DNA of 64,000 bases. It comes from Phallusia mammillata. Lineage: Eukaryota. The number at the start of each line of letters is the position of its first letter. The first letter of the stretch is position 1. Shown here one piece after another: positions 49,001 through 60,599 of this stretch. The notes under the pieces are model-generated. The model made no database searches, was not told the origin of the DNA, and saw only the letters and a program-made list of their open reading frames with translations. The DNA lies in contig OZ281498.1 of NCBI GenBank assembly GCA_965637545.1, forward strand, positions 4,526,001-4,590,000. Direction: 5' to 3'. The translations under genes were made by a program, and so were the position numbers.

Positions 49001-52000
49001 CCTATTTTGTTGTCCGCAGCTGTGTAACTGCAGTGATGTTGGTTCTCTGTTTACAAACACGTGCGATAACTCAACCGGCCAATGTACATGCAAACCCGAA
49101 TACGACGGCAGACAATGTAACACTTGCAAGTAAGTAGTCAACAGATATCGAATATTAGTAGCTTCCTATACAGCTAACCACGAGTCACTATTTTAGGCGT
49201 GGATTCTACGGTTATCCCAACTGCAGACCGTGCAACTGCAACAAAATAGGCACCGCTGCAGACGAATGTGATGAGTCTAGAAATGGTTCGTGTAATTGCC
49301 AAAACGATGGTCAATGTGTATGCAAGGTAACCTTAGTGTGGTGTACGGCACACAGACTGTAGAATATGGCATATCATTGTTTATGTTTTAAGGCAAACGT
49401 GGTTGGAAAACAATGTGATCAATGCGGCGAAGGATACTTCGGTCTGAGTGAAAGCAACCCACTAGGATGCAGCGAGTGCTTCTGTTTCGGAGCAGCAGAC
49501 CTCTGCATCGCTGCTCAGGGATACTCCTGGGGTCCTCCGGTAAGATCAGCAACAAGCATTTGTGAAATTATTGCTCATACAAATAATTCAGTCTCAAATG
49601 AATCGTAAACACTACCGATATATGATTTTTGCAATATTCGATCAAAAAAGCCACCATGCTGACCATGTTTCTGCTTACTTACCGACAGATCGTCTTACAA
49701 GACCCATTTGAGATTGTGGTGAGGATACGGTGTGTTCTCACATACAAATTAACTCGCGCGCAATGCAATTTAAGCTAACCCGGGACTGTGCAATAATTAG
49801 AAAATAGTGAACCTAAAAGCTAAACCGACTGCGCATTTCTGTTTTTACTAACAGCTTCCACAAGATCATCACGCAGCTATACTTTTCTATAAATGCAGCG
49901 GTTGTTATTGCTCATTTAATAGCGGGCGTTTATTTTGTGCTCAGTGCTGTAGTAGCGCCTAAAACACAGCTTGTTGCGCTTTCCGTGCTCTAATGAATGA
50001 ATACATTTGGAAACAATTCGTTAGCCGTTACTAAAATTGGCTGGTGTTTAAATTATCTCCATCAAAAGATCCTGTGATTTCACAGTGATCATTGGCAATA
50101 TTGCATGAAAATTTTAGTCCCTAATCTGCGCACCTTTGTTCTGCACCGTTCAAAGTTGGGGTGATAACGTGTTCGTTTGCTTAGATTGCGCTTAATTCGG
50201 CGCCAGTAGAGGTTTTGAACCCCTCTGGTATGGCGAACAGAATTGAGGGTCTCATCGCTACCAGAGATGCTGAGGTACGTGATGCAGATGTTGTGATACG
50301 GGATATACACAGTCAACCATACTACTGGCGTCTTCCGGAACAGTTTAACGGCGACAAGGTTCGTACAGCAAAACGACACGCTAAACCGGTGTAAAAAACT
50401 CAAATTTTTGTTTTCCGCAGTTGCTTTCCTACGGAGGCAAACTGAGGTATACAATATACCATGTCTCCCAAGTATCGTTTGAAGATGAAGAAATCGTAAA
50501 GCCAAGTGTAGTTTTAAAAGGCGGTCGGGGAAGCAAAATAACCATTCAGTATCAGTTGGACAGCCCTCAAACCGGCCAGAGCAGAGATTATGTCGTTTCA
50601 ATGCGTGAGGTAGGTTTGTAGAACATTGGATGGAAGACTGCTTTTTATAGTACCATTCACAATACTTTATCACAGCTTGGGTGGACACACCTAGACACCA
50701 GCAGAAGTGTGACTCGAGCCGAATTTGCAACAATCCTTAGTGACATCGAGTTTTTCCTGATCAAGGCAACATACGGCCGCTTGATGGGGCAGTCGAGGTT
50801 GGTATCGCATGCGAAAACAACTTTTACAAACAGGAGGCAGGGCCGGCAGGGTCTAGGGCGCTCAAACAGACATCAAAAAACAATTGGGCATTGCTTCGAA
50901 CCCCGCATAAAAAATCTTTACAAACAGTAAAAACACGGACGATCAACTTGTGTTTCTTTTTTGTAGGCTGAGCAACGTTTTTCTGGATATCGCCCAAACC
51001 ATGATACGAGGACGTGGCGATGCAGGCTCCAATTATCCACCTGCAACAAGTATTGAACAATGCTTTTGCTACCCAGGATATACAGGTTCCTCTTGTCAGG
51101 TTGGTAAACTTTATGACCTTAGTTCATTAGATTTCGATTCAATTGAACAATTTCTTGTTGCAGAACTGTGACAGCGGATATATGAGAATCCAACAGGGTT
51201 CAAACTATGGACGGTGTGAAGCTTGCAACTGCAACAACCGAAGTAGCACTTGCGACATAATGACAGGGGTCTGTTTGGTAAGAAAACAATTAGGCATTAA
51301 ATTTCGTGTGTTTTTATTTAAACCTTGGACTTAACAGAACTGCCAGGACAAGTTCATTGGTGTCCAGTGTGAAATGTGCTCGCCGGGATACTACCTGTCA
51401 GGTAACGAATGCAGGAAATGTGCGTGCCCTGGACCAGATCCTTTCCAAAATTTCAGCCCCAATTGCCACCCGGATGGAGCGGACGGAATCGCCGATTATA
51501 CGTGCGATGCATGTAAAACAGGATACGAAGGAAAACATTGTGAACGGTATGTAAATTTGAAATCAAATCGACAGTATCGAATATGACAACATGCTGATAC
51601 ATTTGCGGCACTTGACACGTTACACCTTGATATTAAATACCACCAAACAAGTGTGAATTGTACCGTATGTTTGGTAAAGGTGCTCGGATGGCTACTACGG
51701 GGATCCTACCCACCCTGGAGGTTTCTGTGCCAAGTGCGGATGCAACGTCGCAGGTTCCCTGGATGGTGTTTGCGACAAGGTCACAGGGCAATGCCGATGC
51801 GATGAAGGCATCTCGGGTAGAATTTGTGACCAATGTATGCCACGACATATTATCTCCCACTCCGGGTGCCAAGGTAGGACTGCATTGCCGAATTCTTGAT
51901 GTTGCTTCTAAGAACCTCCAAGCTAATCCATGGTTTTTTTGTAGAATGCAATGATGGTTGTTCCAGCAAACTTCTCGACGATATTGAAATTTTGACCTAC

Positions 52001-55000
52001 AGGGCGTCAAGAGTGAAAATTCACACAATGTTTCCACCGCCTTGGGATCGACTTATAGCAGCTCGCAACCTTACACAACAGCTTCAGGTACAACACTACA
52101 TTAAAATATATGCAGGGCTGCATTTGTGTAACAGTTCAGCCCTCTGACGAAACACTATTCTGCATATTGCTTTCAGAATATACTTGATCTACTAGAGAAC
52201 CATCCTATGTCCCAGGTTTTTATACCACCCTAGCCATGTCATATATTTCTCCGTACAAAAAATCGTTTGGAAGAATAGTTTTCATCCTGATTGCACATTC
52301 ATTCAATCATTTTATTACCCGTATCCGTTTGTATGCACTTTTTATCAACGGGGGCACATCATACGGAAAAGTTATCATTATCACGTTGAACTCGCAAAAC
52401 ATCCGAATGTTTACCCTTTTCTCCTAACGCAGCCGTACGTTCAACTACTTCTGCACAGAAAGTTAAATCACTACACACTGCGAAGATTAGAGGCAAAGGT
52501 ATATACAGACCGGTAGATGACTACCAACCTGCTTCTCCATTTGCTGTTATTCCAATCGCACTAATAAGTTTCCATATGCAAGTCGCCTTCTGGGCCGTGA
52601 TTTTGGAAAACCAAACCAGAGAGAGTGGAATGATGTGAACCTCTAACAATCTATTAACAGCACACTTGTCTTTTAATGAAAGTTTCACACGAATGTTCTG
52701 TTTTGGGAATTTGGGTTTTTGTCTGACGGTCGCATTTATGCCATGCTTGGATTTCGTTTTGGTTGATGCTCGAAGCATGTCGTTTCCTATCAGTTAACTG
52801 CATTCGACTATAAATGCTTTTCCCTTTCCTAGAAACGTGTTGAAAACGAAACAGAAGAAATCTTGAACCGCTTGGCTGTTGTAGTGTCAGTTCCTGACAG
52901 GATCAGTGCCACACAACGCAACATATCATCACTGCAACCACAAGTACGTTAATCCAACTAATATAGACTAAGCGCTTCAATTTACGTACCAGAACTTTTC
53001 AAACGTGATTTTTTTTAGGCCAATGAATGCAAAAACAGTGGCAAGATTACAGTATCCGATGTTCGTGAAACCAAACAACGACTAAAGACCCAGAAGACTT
53101 CTACACGATTTTTGTCCAACGTAATAGAAGGTAATAGTTGTTAAGCGGATACTCGGCAGTTTTACCAAAACAAAACTATAACTTCACTGAAATTTTGTAC
53201 AGGATTTTCACGCACACTATCACGATTCGTGCATCAGCTGCGAAACGGAACCACAGAGGAGATAATTGGAATGGAGGACAAGCTTGAGGGTTGGGTTAAT
53301 ACTATGCGCCAGAGGAGTTTTGACAACTTGCGGAGAATAGCTTATGAAGAACTGGAGTACGTTTTTTTCCCAGTTGCTGCAGGATTTTTTGTATTTAGGT
53401 TACCAGCACATGTTATTTCCATAGGACCTCAGCTGTCTTTTTGGATATGGTTGCAGCAAACTTTACTGCACAATACTTATCAAGGTTAGACTCTATTCGC
53501 ACTGAGCAAAGCGAAATAGTAAACAATCTTACCAATGTTATGGAAACCTTTGACGAGTTTCGGTATCTCCTCGGCAACAGCACATCGATAGTCGCTGTAA
53601 CGAACACAATGAACCAACTTAACCAACAAACTCTGAGACAGACAAAGGTAAGTTTTTTCAATTACAAAATGGGCCAATAAGGAATGCCTAACACTACATG
53701 ATTGTTCAGAGCAACATGGAAAGAGTCAACAACAGGGCTACCATAGTTGGTGTGAGCCTATCCAACTCAGAATCACAAGTCGAAGATACTCGTATTCTGA
53801 TACAAAATGCAAGCGCTGCTATGGCGGTAGGTAAAAATGACACTAAAAATGTTAATGTCGTGAAATCTAATCGGTCATGCATTGCAGAACTTAGGCGTCG
53901 TTTTCAACGGGCTGTTGGCTGAATTGCCACCACTTCGCAAAATTAGAGATGGTTTAATGGGTGGTGTGGATGCAGTAGTGCCTCATTTCAAAGACGCTCT
54001 TCGGCACGTAACTGACTTGCAGTCGGATGTCCAATACATCAAAAGGTATGTGTGATTTAATACCAGTTTTTCCACAGACAAATGGTTGTTATAATTTAAT
54101 CGTTGTATTATTGTAGTGTGCACCGCAATATAACCGAATTTTCGTACAACCAAACCGAAGCAGCTACCCGCTGGACACAGATTGCAAACAAATTTGATCT
54201 TACCGATCAAAGAGCCGATTCCGCGGTGACTCTGTCTATGGATGCGCTTAACTCCATCACGACAGACCTTGGCAAAAGATCGGAGGTGTCGTTGCAGAGA
54301 AGCCAAGACATTAATGATGCGGTAACCTCGATGGAAAACAATCTTAACGGTATGCTGGAACACAATAGGCGCGAGTTTACTTTACGGGATGGAAGATTAA
54401 TGCGATTGTTTTAACACAGGCGATCGGAGGTTACTTCGCAATCAGAACGAGGCTTTGAGATATGAAAACCAATCGGTCGCAGATCTTGCTAAACAACACG
54501 AACGAATTCAAACCAGACTCAAAGACACTCGAAAACGTATGACTGTACATATTAACCAAGAAATTTAACGCCTACATGCGGTCGTTAACAACTTGATGCT
54601 TTGTTTAGAATCGAAGACAACATTGAAACGAGTTAGAAATGCTGTTAACCAAGCCACAAAAAAACTTATTGGTCTTAAAAAGAGCCTATATCAGTCGGAC
54701 AACACTTTAAGGCAATTGCAGAAAACTGAAATGGATGTTTCACAACGCTCATTTGTAATAAACGAGACTACAAGCAATAGTAAGTCGCAGACTTGTCTAA
54801 CCTAGCCCTTATTTCCTCATTTATGTTCGCTGCTTTGCGCGCTTATCCACCTTGCTTCTTTTCTTGCACTTATCATTTTCTCTTTTCTATTTCACTCTTC
54901 ACTGCAACCCTGCACTTTCACTGGAATAACAGCTAGCTGGCGTAAGTAGCTGCTGCTGCATGTCGATCGTTGTTAAGTGTCTTATGAGCAATGTTTCCAT

Positions 55001-58000
55001 TTCTGCAGTGGCTGCGGTTCCTGTATCCATCAACCGGGGGTTCGAAGCATCGGAGCGCGCATCTTCATTGGCAAAGCGAGTCAAACTCCGCAGCGATAGC
55101 ATGCGGTCAAACATCACCCTTATCCGGAAATTGATTGAGGATACCAAAGCAAAAGCTGCTTCGGTAAGCACAATAGGCAACATGAGATAGTTTACAAAGC
55201 TTGATTAATTAAGTCAACAATGCACTTTAAGTTAATGATAAAAATTAGGCAAAAATAGCAAATGTTTTTGGTCCAATTGGTTTCGACTTTTGTCCAATAT
55301 ATTAAAGCTCTACTTTAACGCAGCAATCAAACAGTAGATAATGTTGCTTTTAGATTCATCAAGTTTCAGTCCATTCAACTGGTAAATGTGCAATGCAATA
55401 CAAGCCACAAGTTTCACCCAGCACCACCACAGAGATAGTCCTAAATGTTGATACTTCAGCCCCAAATAACAGCCTTCTATACTTGGCTAGACAGATGGTA
55501 AGAAACAAAACTGTTACCCCATTCTGTTTAAAGTGCTAACTTCATTTTCAACCTGTAGCAAGACTATCTGGTCGTGCAAATGGTCAACGGTAAAGTGTCC
55601 GTCACTTGGGATCTGGGTGGTGGAGCTGGATATGTTGAGAACCCCGTGCTTGTGAAGAGCGTGGTTTCAAGTGTAGCCCAGGAGAAAGACTGGTATCGCA
55701 TTGAGGTTTTTAGGTAAATACAAATTGTGTTCAGTTGAGTTTGTTGATTGGATTTAAGAGTTGCTTTGTTTTCTCAGGCAAAACCAGTTGACGAATCTGA
55801 CAGTATATCAAGTGGCTAATAAGTCGGGAACCGTGCAGAGCGTTACAGCCTCATCTCCTGGATCATTTTCCGGCCTTGACGTTGGTATGCAAGATTTACT
55901 TTTTGTTGGAGGGATATCCAACAACACTAAAGTAAGGATATAGATTTACCTCGGTGGCATATTGCTAAGGCGTGCTTTTATCAATTATCGTTTGTCAGGT
56001 ACACAGCAATGTTCGAGTTCGAAGCTTTACTGGTTGTATGGGCAAAGCTATGCTGCAGGGAAAATCAGTTGGTCTATGGAATTTCGAGCAGATTGAAAAT
56101 GAGGAAGACTGTACAGGCTGTCCAGAATCGTAAGCAACCTTTCTGCTTTGTACTGACATGTAGAATTTAAATAAAGCTATGGTTTCTTTTTCCTATTTAG
56201 TCCTGTTATCGAGCCGCAGCGACAGCAGACAAACACTTACAGATACACCGGAATGAGTTATTCCGTACTTCCTCTACCGGCCCAGCACCGCCAAGATAAC
56301 AATCGATTTAATGTGATGTTTCAAACTTTCAGTTCGAATGGATTAATCGCATATGCTTCCTCCAAAGACCTAGTAAGGGCCATACTTGCTACAATACCGT
56401 GTTTTTGGTACCAATATCACAATGTAACAAGTCTGTTCTCAAAACAGCCGGACTTTATTGCTTTGGAACTAAACGATGGTTATGTAGTGTTAAAAATCAA
56501 CCTTGGCACCGGAGTTTATAATGTGACAACAACCAAACGTTACAATAACGGAAAGTGGGTAAAGGTGACTGTTCAAAGGATCCGTCACGAAGGTTGGTAT
56601 GACTAAAATCACTGCTTACTTGATACTTCTTAGTTCAGTACATTGTTTTAACATTAAAATGGGTTGTTTTGCAGCTTTGTTATCAACCAATCGCGGCGGC
56701 AATGTTGAAAACAAAAGAATGGCGATACCAAACACCGACGGTTTATTGAATTTAACTAAAAACGACTACCTATGTGTGGGTGGAGCCCCGATGGAGAGAA
56801 TGCTAAAGTAAGTTACTTGAAAACATGATATTAACTTCCCAACACATTAGGAGATATCACTTTAATCGTGTAGTTCTATATGTAGATGTGTGTCAACAAA
56901 TAGTTTATTTATTAAAGAGTTCTTTTCTCAGGCGTTATTATGGCACCAGTTTGAGGTAACTAGGTGTGCGAAATTAATGATAGCTATTGGCATGTTATAT
57001 TTTACTTGTACGACTATTAAAGTGTGTTGCCTGTTGTTTAGAGTTTTTGTGTACTACTAACGTGGCTTTTAGAAATAGATGGTTTGGTTTGGATTTTCCT
57101 ACCTACAGCGGAGTTTTTTTTACATACAGTGTGTGGATATGTTAGAACGCATTTACTGACGCGAGTGTTTATACATGCTGTGGTACTAATCGATCAAACC
57201 CCAAAATATCATCAAACATTATTTCACTTGGTGTTCACCAAAATCACTCATCTGCCAGCACACAACTAACAATAAATTAATCCGAAAATAGCACTTTTAT
57301 GAAACTGTCAACGCAGTAATAAGATTCTTGTTTGCGCAATTGATGTCAGAGTCAAAATCGAATTAAACTGAGAACAATTTAAAGTTGATGTCTTAGTTCC
57401 AAAATTTTATTATTTATCTTAACTTTTTCTCGTGCTTAACAGGGAAGGAGTGACGAACGTTTCGTTTGTTGGGTGCCTCAAGGAATTCTACTTGGGAGAA
57501 AATTTAATTTCGTTAAAGCGTTCAGGAACAGGCGGGGTTGTCCGAGACTCACGCGTCCAATCTACATGTCCTGCTGAGGTACAAAATTTTAAACGCTCTT
57601 ACATATTTTGATAATTGCCAATTCCGACATCATTCACAAAAATTGGTTTACTTTATCATAAAGATTACAAGTGACATCAGCATTGGAAACAATGGCTTCG
57701 TCGAACTGGAGCCAATAAATTTGACAAAGGATAGGTCTCTGTCGATGACATTTAACACCCACGAACCAAATGCTATTCTCATGGTGGGTTCAGCAGTAAA
57801 ACCAAGAACAAAGCGGCGGCGAAGAAGACGCCAGACAAATGACGTTAGTACACTGTTTAACGTTTGCGTAGCTAATATCAAGCGACCATATTTATGCAAT
57901 GTGTACTCTATAACAGGCTTTCTACTCCATGTATTTGCTTAACGGGCGGGTTCATGTTCGAATTCGAACGCAACACCATGGAAGTCTCAATTTAACATCT

Positions 58001-60599
58001 ATGTACAGCATCTACGACAATGGACAGCCACATCTCGTCACTTTGTCACGTAACGGCACAAGGTTCGTAGCAACCAAATCTCAACGAGTTTAAACAATGA
58101 CGATAAAATTTGAACATTGGACCGTTCGTTCACAGAGTAACACTTCATATCAATGAGAATCTCGATCAAGATTCTGGCGTTTTACCCGCAGTCGGAAATG
58201 TACCGCTGAAAGTGCGACAGCTTTTCATTGGTGGAATACCTGACAACGCGGATATTTTTCATGTTGCTCCTACCAAACGCTCCATCAATGGCTGTGTGCG
58301 ATATGTTATGAGTGAAAAGTACGTTTCTATTTTTTGCTTAACCGCGCGCACTGTTGTATAGGCATGTATAAGAAAAAAATCCCGGTTTATAATATGTTTT
58401 TGGTCAGTTGAACAAAATGTACCGGAATTCGCGATAGTATGTAAGTGCTTACCCTGAAAGAAACTTTTAAAACAAAACGTTTTTTTAAATGTAGCCTGGT
58501 AAACTTCCTAAACACCGTCGAAGCGAAGAACGCTCTGTTTGGGACATGCTCAGAGTTTCAGCCGGTTGTTCTTACATCTGCATCACCATTAACAACTAGG
58601 GTGGTGAACGTTATACCGACACCTCTTAAGCATCGTCCAAACGCTATGGCAATCCCACCACCCAGGCCACCGCCGGTTAGTTCCTGTGTTGTTGTTTTTT
58701 CAAAGAAAATGTTCAAATATGCCTGGTGTGTACTTTTCTTTAAAGCAGTAAAATATAGATCTTAAACGGTCTGTGTTGTTTGGTTTCAGATCACGGATCC
58801 ATATTGCAAAGCAGTCAAAAACGCCTCATTTTATGACCAAGGTGAAGCAGTTCACTTCGGTTTACACAACCACAGTCGTGTTGAGATTTTACTGACAAAG
58901 AAAATTTCGAAAAAGTAAGAATAGTTTACATCGTTCTTTACCAAAAATTTTGCAGTTCTAATGCTGATATTATATTCAGATTTACCTTCGATCTTCGGGT
59001 GAGAACGTACGCACCGGACGGCTTACTGTTGTATGCGCGATCCACAAACGCTGTGGACTATTTCTCGTTGATAGTGAAGGACGGGCTGCCAATTTTCCAA
59101 TTTGATAATGGTGGAGGTGCGGTAGAGGGCGTTGGCAAAAAGAAAATTAACAATGGCAAATGGCACAGGGTGAGAAGTGGGAATATTAATAGCCAGAATA
59201 GTTGCTCGAAAAAATTTCAAATATGTGATATCATAGCTAGATTAAATTGGTAAATACTGCTCGCGCCTGAGCGAACAAACATTACGTATCCCGCGAAACT
59301 TTCTCACGGCTGTTTGTTATTGACAGATACGCATTAAGCGAACAAGAAGAAAGGGTCTTATATCAGTGGATGGTAAAAAGACAAAGTTCAAATCCAAGAA
59401 GCGTGCCTCATTAATGAATGTGAACAGAACCTTGTTTGTAGGCGGAGTATCGGAAGAGTACGAACACAAACGTTTCGGAAAGGTGCTTTTTTGTAACTAT
59501 GTACCCGCTAATGAGCCCTGCTCTGACCTGACAACTAATTCCGTTCGCTTTAACGCAGCTAACTAACAGCATGGACGCGTGCGTAAGAGATCTGACCTTG
59601 AACAGGAAGATATCTCTGAATTTCACCGCCGCAAAACGGGTTGCAGTGGAACCATGCACCACCGCGGCCGAAAGTGGTGCCTATTTTCATGGCAATGGCT
59701 ATGCCATATTTCGTAAGTTGCAGGCATAACCTAATCGCACGATACCATTTGTAGTAACGCGTACGTGCACAGTTATTTTTCATGAATTAAAACTGGTAAA
59801 CTGTTATTGCAGACCACCGATATCGAGTTGGAACTGTTATGGGAATACGAATGCAGTTTCGAACACAGGCCTCGAACGCAGTCTTTCTTAGCGTGTATAA
59901 TGGAAAAGATGGCTTGGCGCTCGAAATGGTGAACGGAACTGTAAGTAGCCATAAGCCATATTTTTTATCTGCTTGCAAAAAAATAATTGTATAAATCTGT
60001 CATAAACTAGACTCAATTACTTATTTCTTCATTCGCAGATCTACTTTCGTGTTAACAACGGAGATGGCCCATTGGAAGCATATTATACACCTGACACGGG
60101 AAGGAATAGGGGAAAGTTTACGCTGTGCGATGGAAAATGGCACACCATCACTGCTGAGAAAGTTAAGAACACGCTCAGGTTAAATGTTGACGGGCGTCCA
60201 GGTCGCAACACTACCACCTTCATGGGGGCCTTTGCCGCGGCTGACACAACAAACAATCTCTACATTGGCGGATTACCAGGTACATGACAATTATATTTGA
60301 GTAGTTCCAAATATTCACGAACATTTGACCGAAACCGAAACAACCCCAAAGAAGTTAGTAACATGCAAATAAAACTAAAAATGTTGATGTCTTTAGATGA
60401 TGAACACGAACCCAGCCTTCTACAAACAGATCAGAAATTTCGTGGCTGCATCAAGGACATGGTGTTGAAAACTACAGAAGTCCGCTTTGACGATATTATG
60501 AAACGAGAGGATGTTTATCCCAACTCGTGTCCAAAGCAAAAAACAAAGAAGAAAAAAGTTCGGCGCAGCAAGAAAAAGACTAAAACTATAAGTAGATGA
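25039..60599 (+). CDS. LAMA1/2: Laminin alpha chain, alpha-1/2 type (signal, LN, LEa, L4a, LEb, L4b, LEc, coiled coil, LG1-5); 66 exons, ~3,200 aa
   Basis: Phase-consistent GT-AG exons: 25039-25195, 37041-37180, 37419-37559, 40798-40922, 41049-41169, 41230-41409, 44902-44991, 45114-45225, 45322-45469, 45594-45809, 45883-45985, 46048-46181, 46251-46420, 46533-46639, 46749-46978, 47079-47210, 47280-47355, 47428-47522, 47587-47709, 48063-48220, 48292-48437, 48525-48705, 48791-48927, 49020-49129, 49197-49326, 49393-49539, 49689-49718, 50185-50358, 50421-50609, 50676-50797, 50967-51099, 51164-51277, 51338-51546, 51680-51873, 51945-52087, 52177-52215, 52433-52498, 52833-52943, 53019-53130, 53203-53356, 53425-53647, 53710-53826, 53888-54045, 54117-54349, 54420-54536, 54609-54779, 55009-55163, 55354-55497, 55559-55713, 55778-55931, 55999-56129, 56201-56372, 56448-56592, 56675-56807, 57443-57578, 57664-57843, 57917-58062, 58136-58318, 58495-58675, 58790-58914, 58980-59169, 59327-59482, 59559-59712, 59813-59940, 60039-60279, 60397-60599 (sum 9630 nt). 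LN motifs NLAS...NATCG...[38 protein letters not shown] and [20 protein letters not shown] are alpha-1/2-like. Short exons in the coiled-coil region are less certain. Confidence 0.95.
28004..28451 (+). CDS. Candidate alternative laminin first exon (E1b)
   Basis: Within the 167-aa ORF 27971-28474; ends ATC G|GTATGT (phase 1), joining exon 2 as [12 protein letters not shown]. Hydrophobic stretch [19 protein letters not shown]. Confidence 0.5.
35659..36349 (+). CDS. Candidate alternative laminin first exon (E1c), 230 codons
   Basis: Longest ORF on the track; ends AAA A|GTAAGT (phase 1), joining exon 2 as [12 protein letters not shown]. Contains a basic segment, hydrophobic [18 protein letters not shown] and RRLRR. 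Confidence 0.7.
54933..54941 (+). CDS. Candidate 9-nt laminin microexon (CTAGCTGGC)
   Basis: AACAG|CTAGCTGGC|GTAAGT; CTAAC branch-like motif at ~54797, ~125-nt AG-free pyrimidine tract with TGC motifs, 67-nt downstream intron; frame-preserving. Confidence 0.7.
56932..56955 (+). CDS. Candidate 24-nt cassette exon in laminin LG2
   Basis: TTCTTTTCTCAG|GCGTTATTATGGCACCAGTTTGAG|GTAACT; phase 2-2, adds RYYGTSLR without a stop. Confidence 0.55.

Noticed and set aside
50089-50733. 214-aa minus-strand ORF and similar antisense ORFs across laminin and the mucin repeat
   Set aside because: Antisense shadows of real plus-strand exons or repeats.
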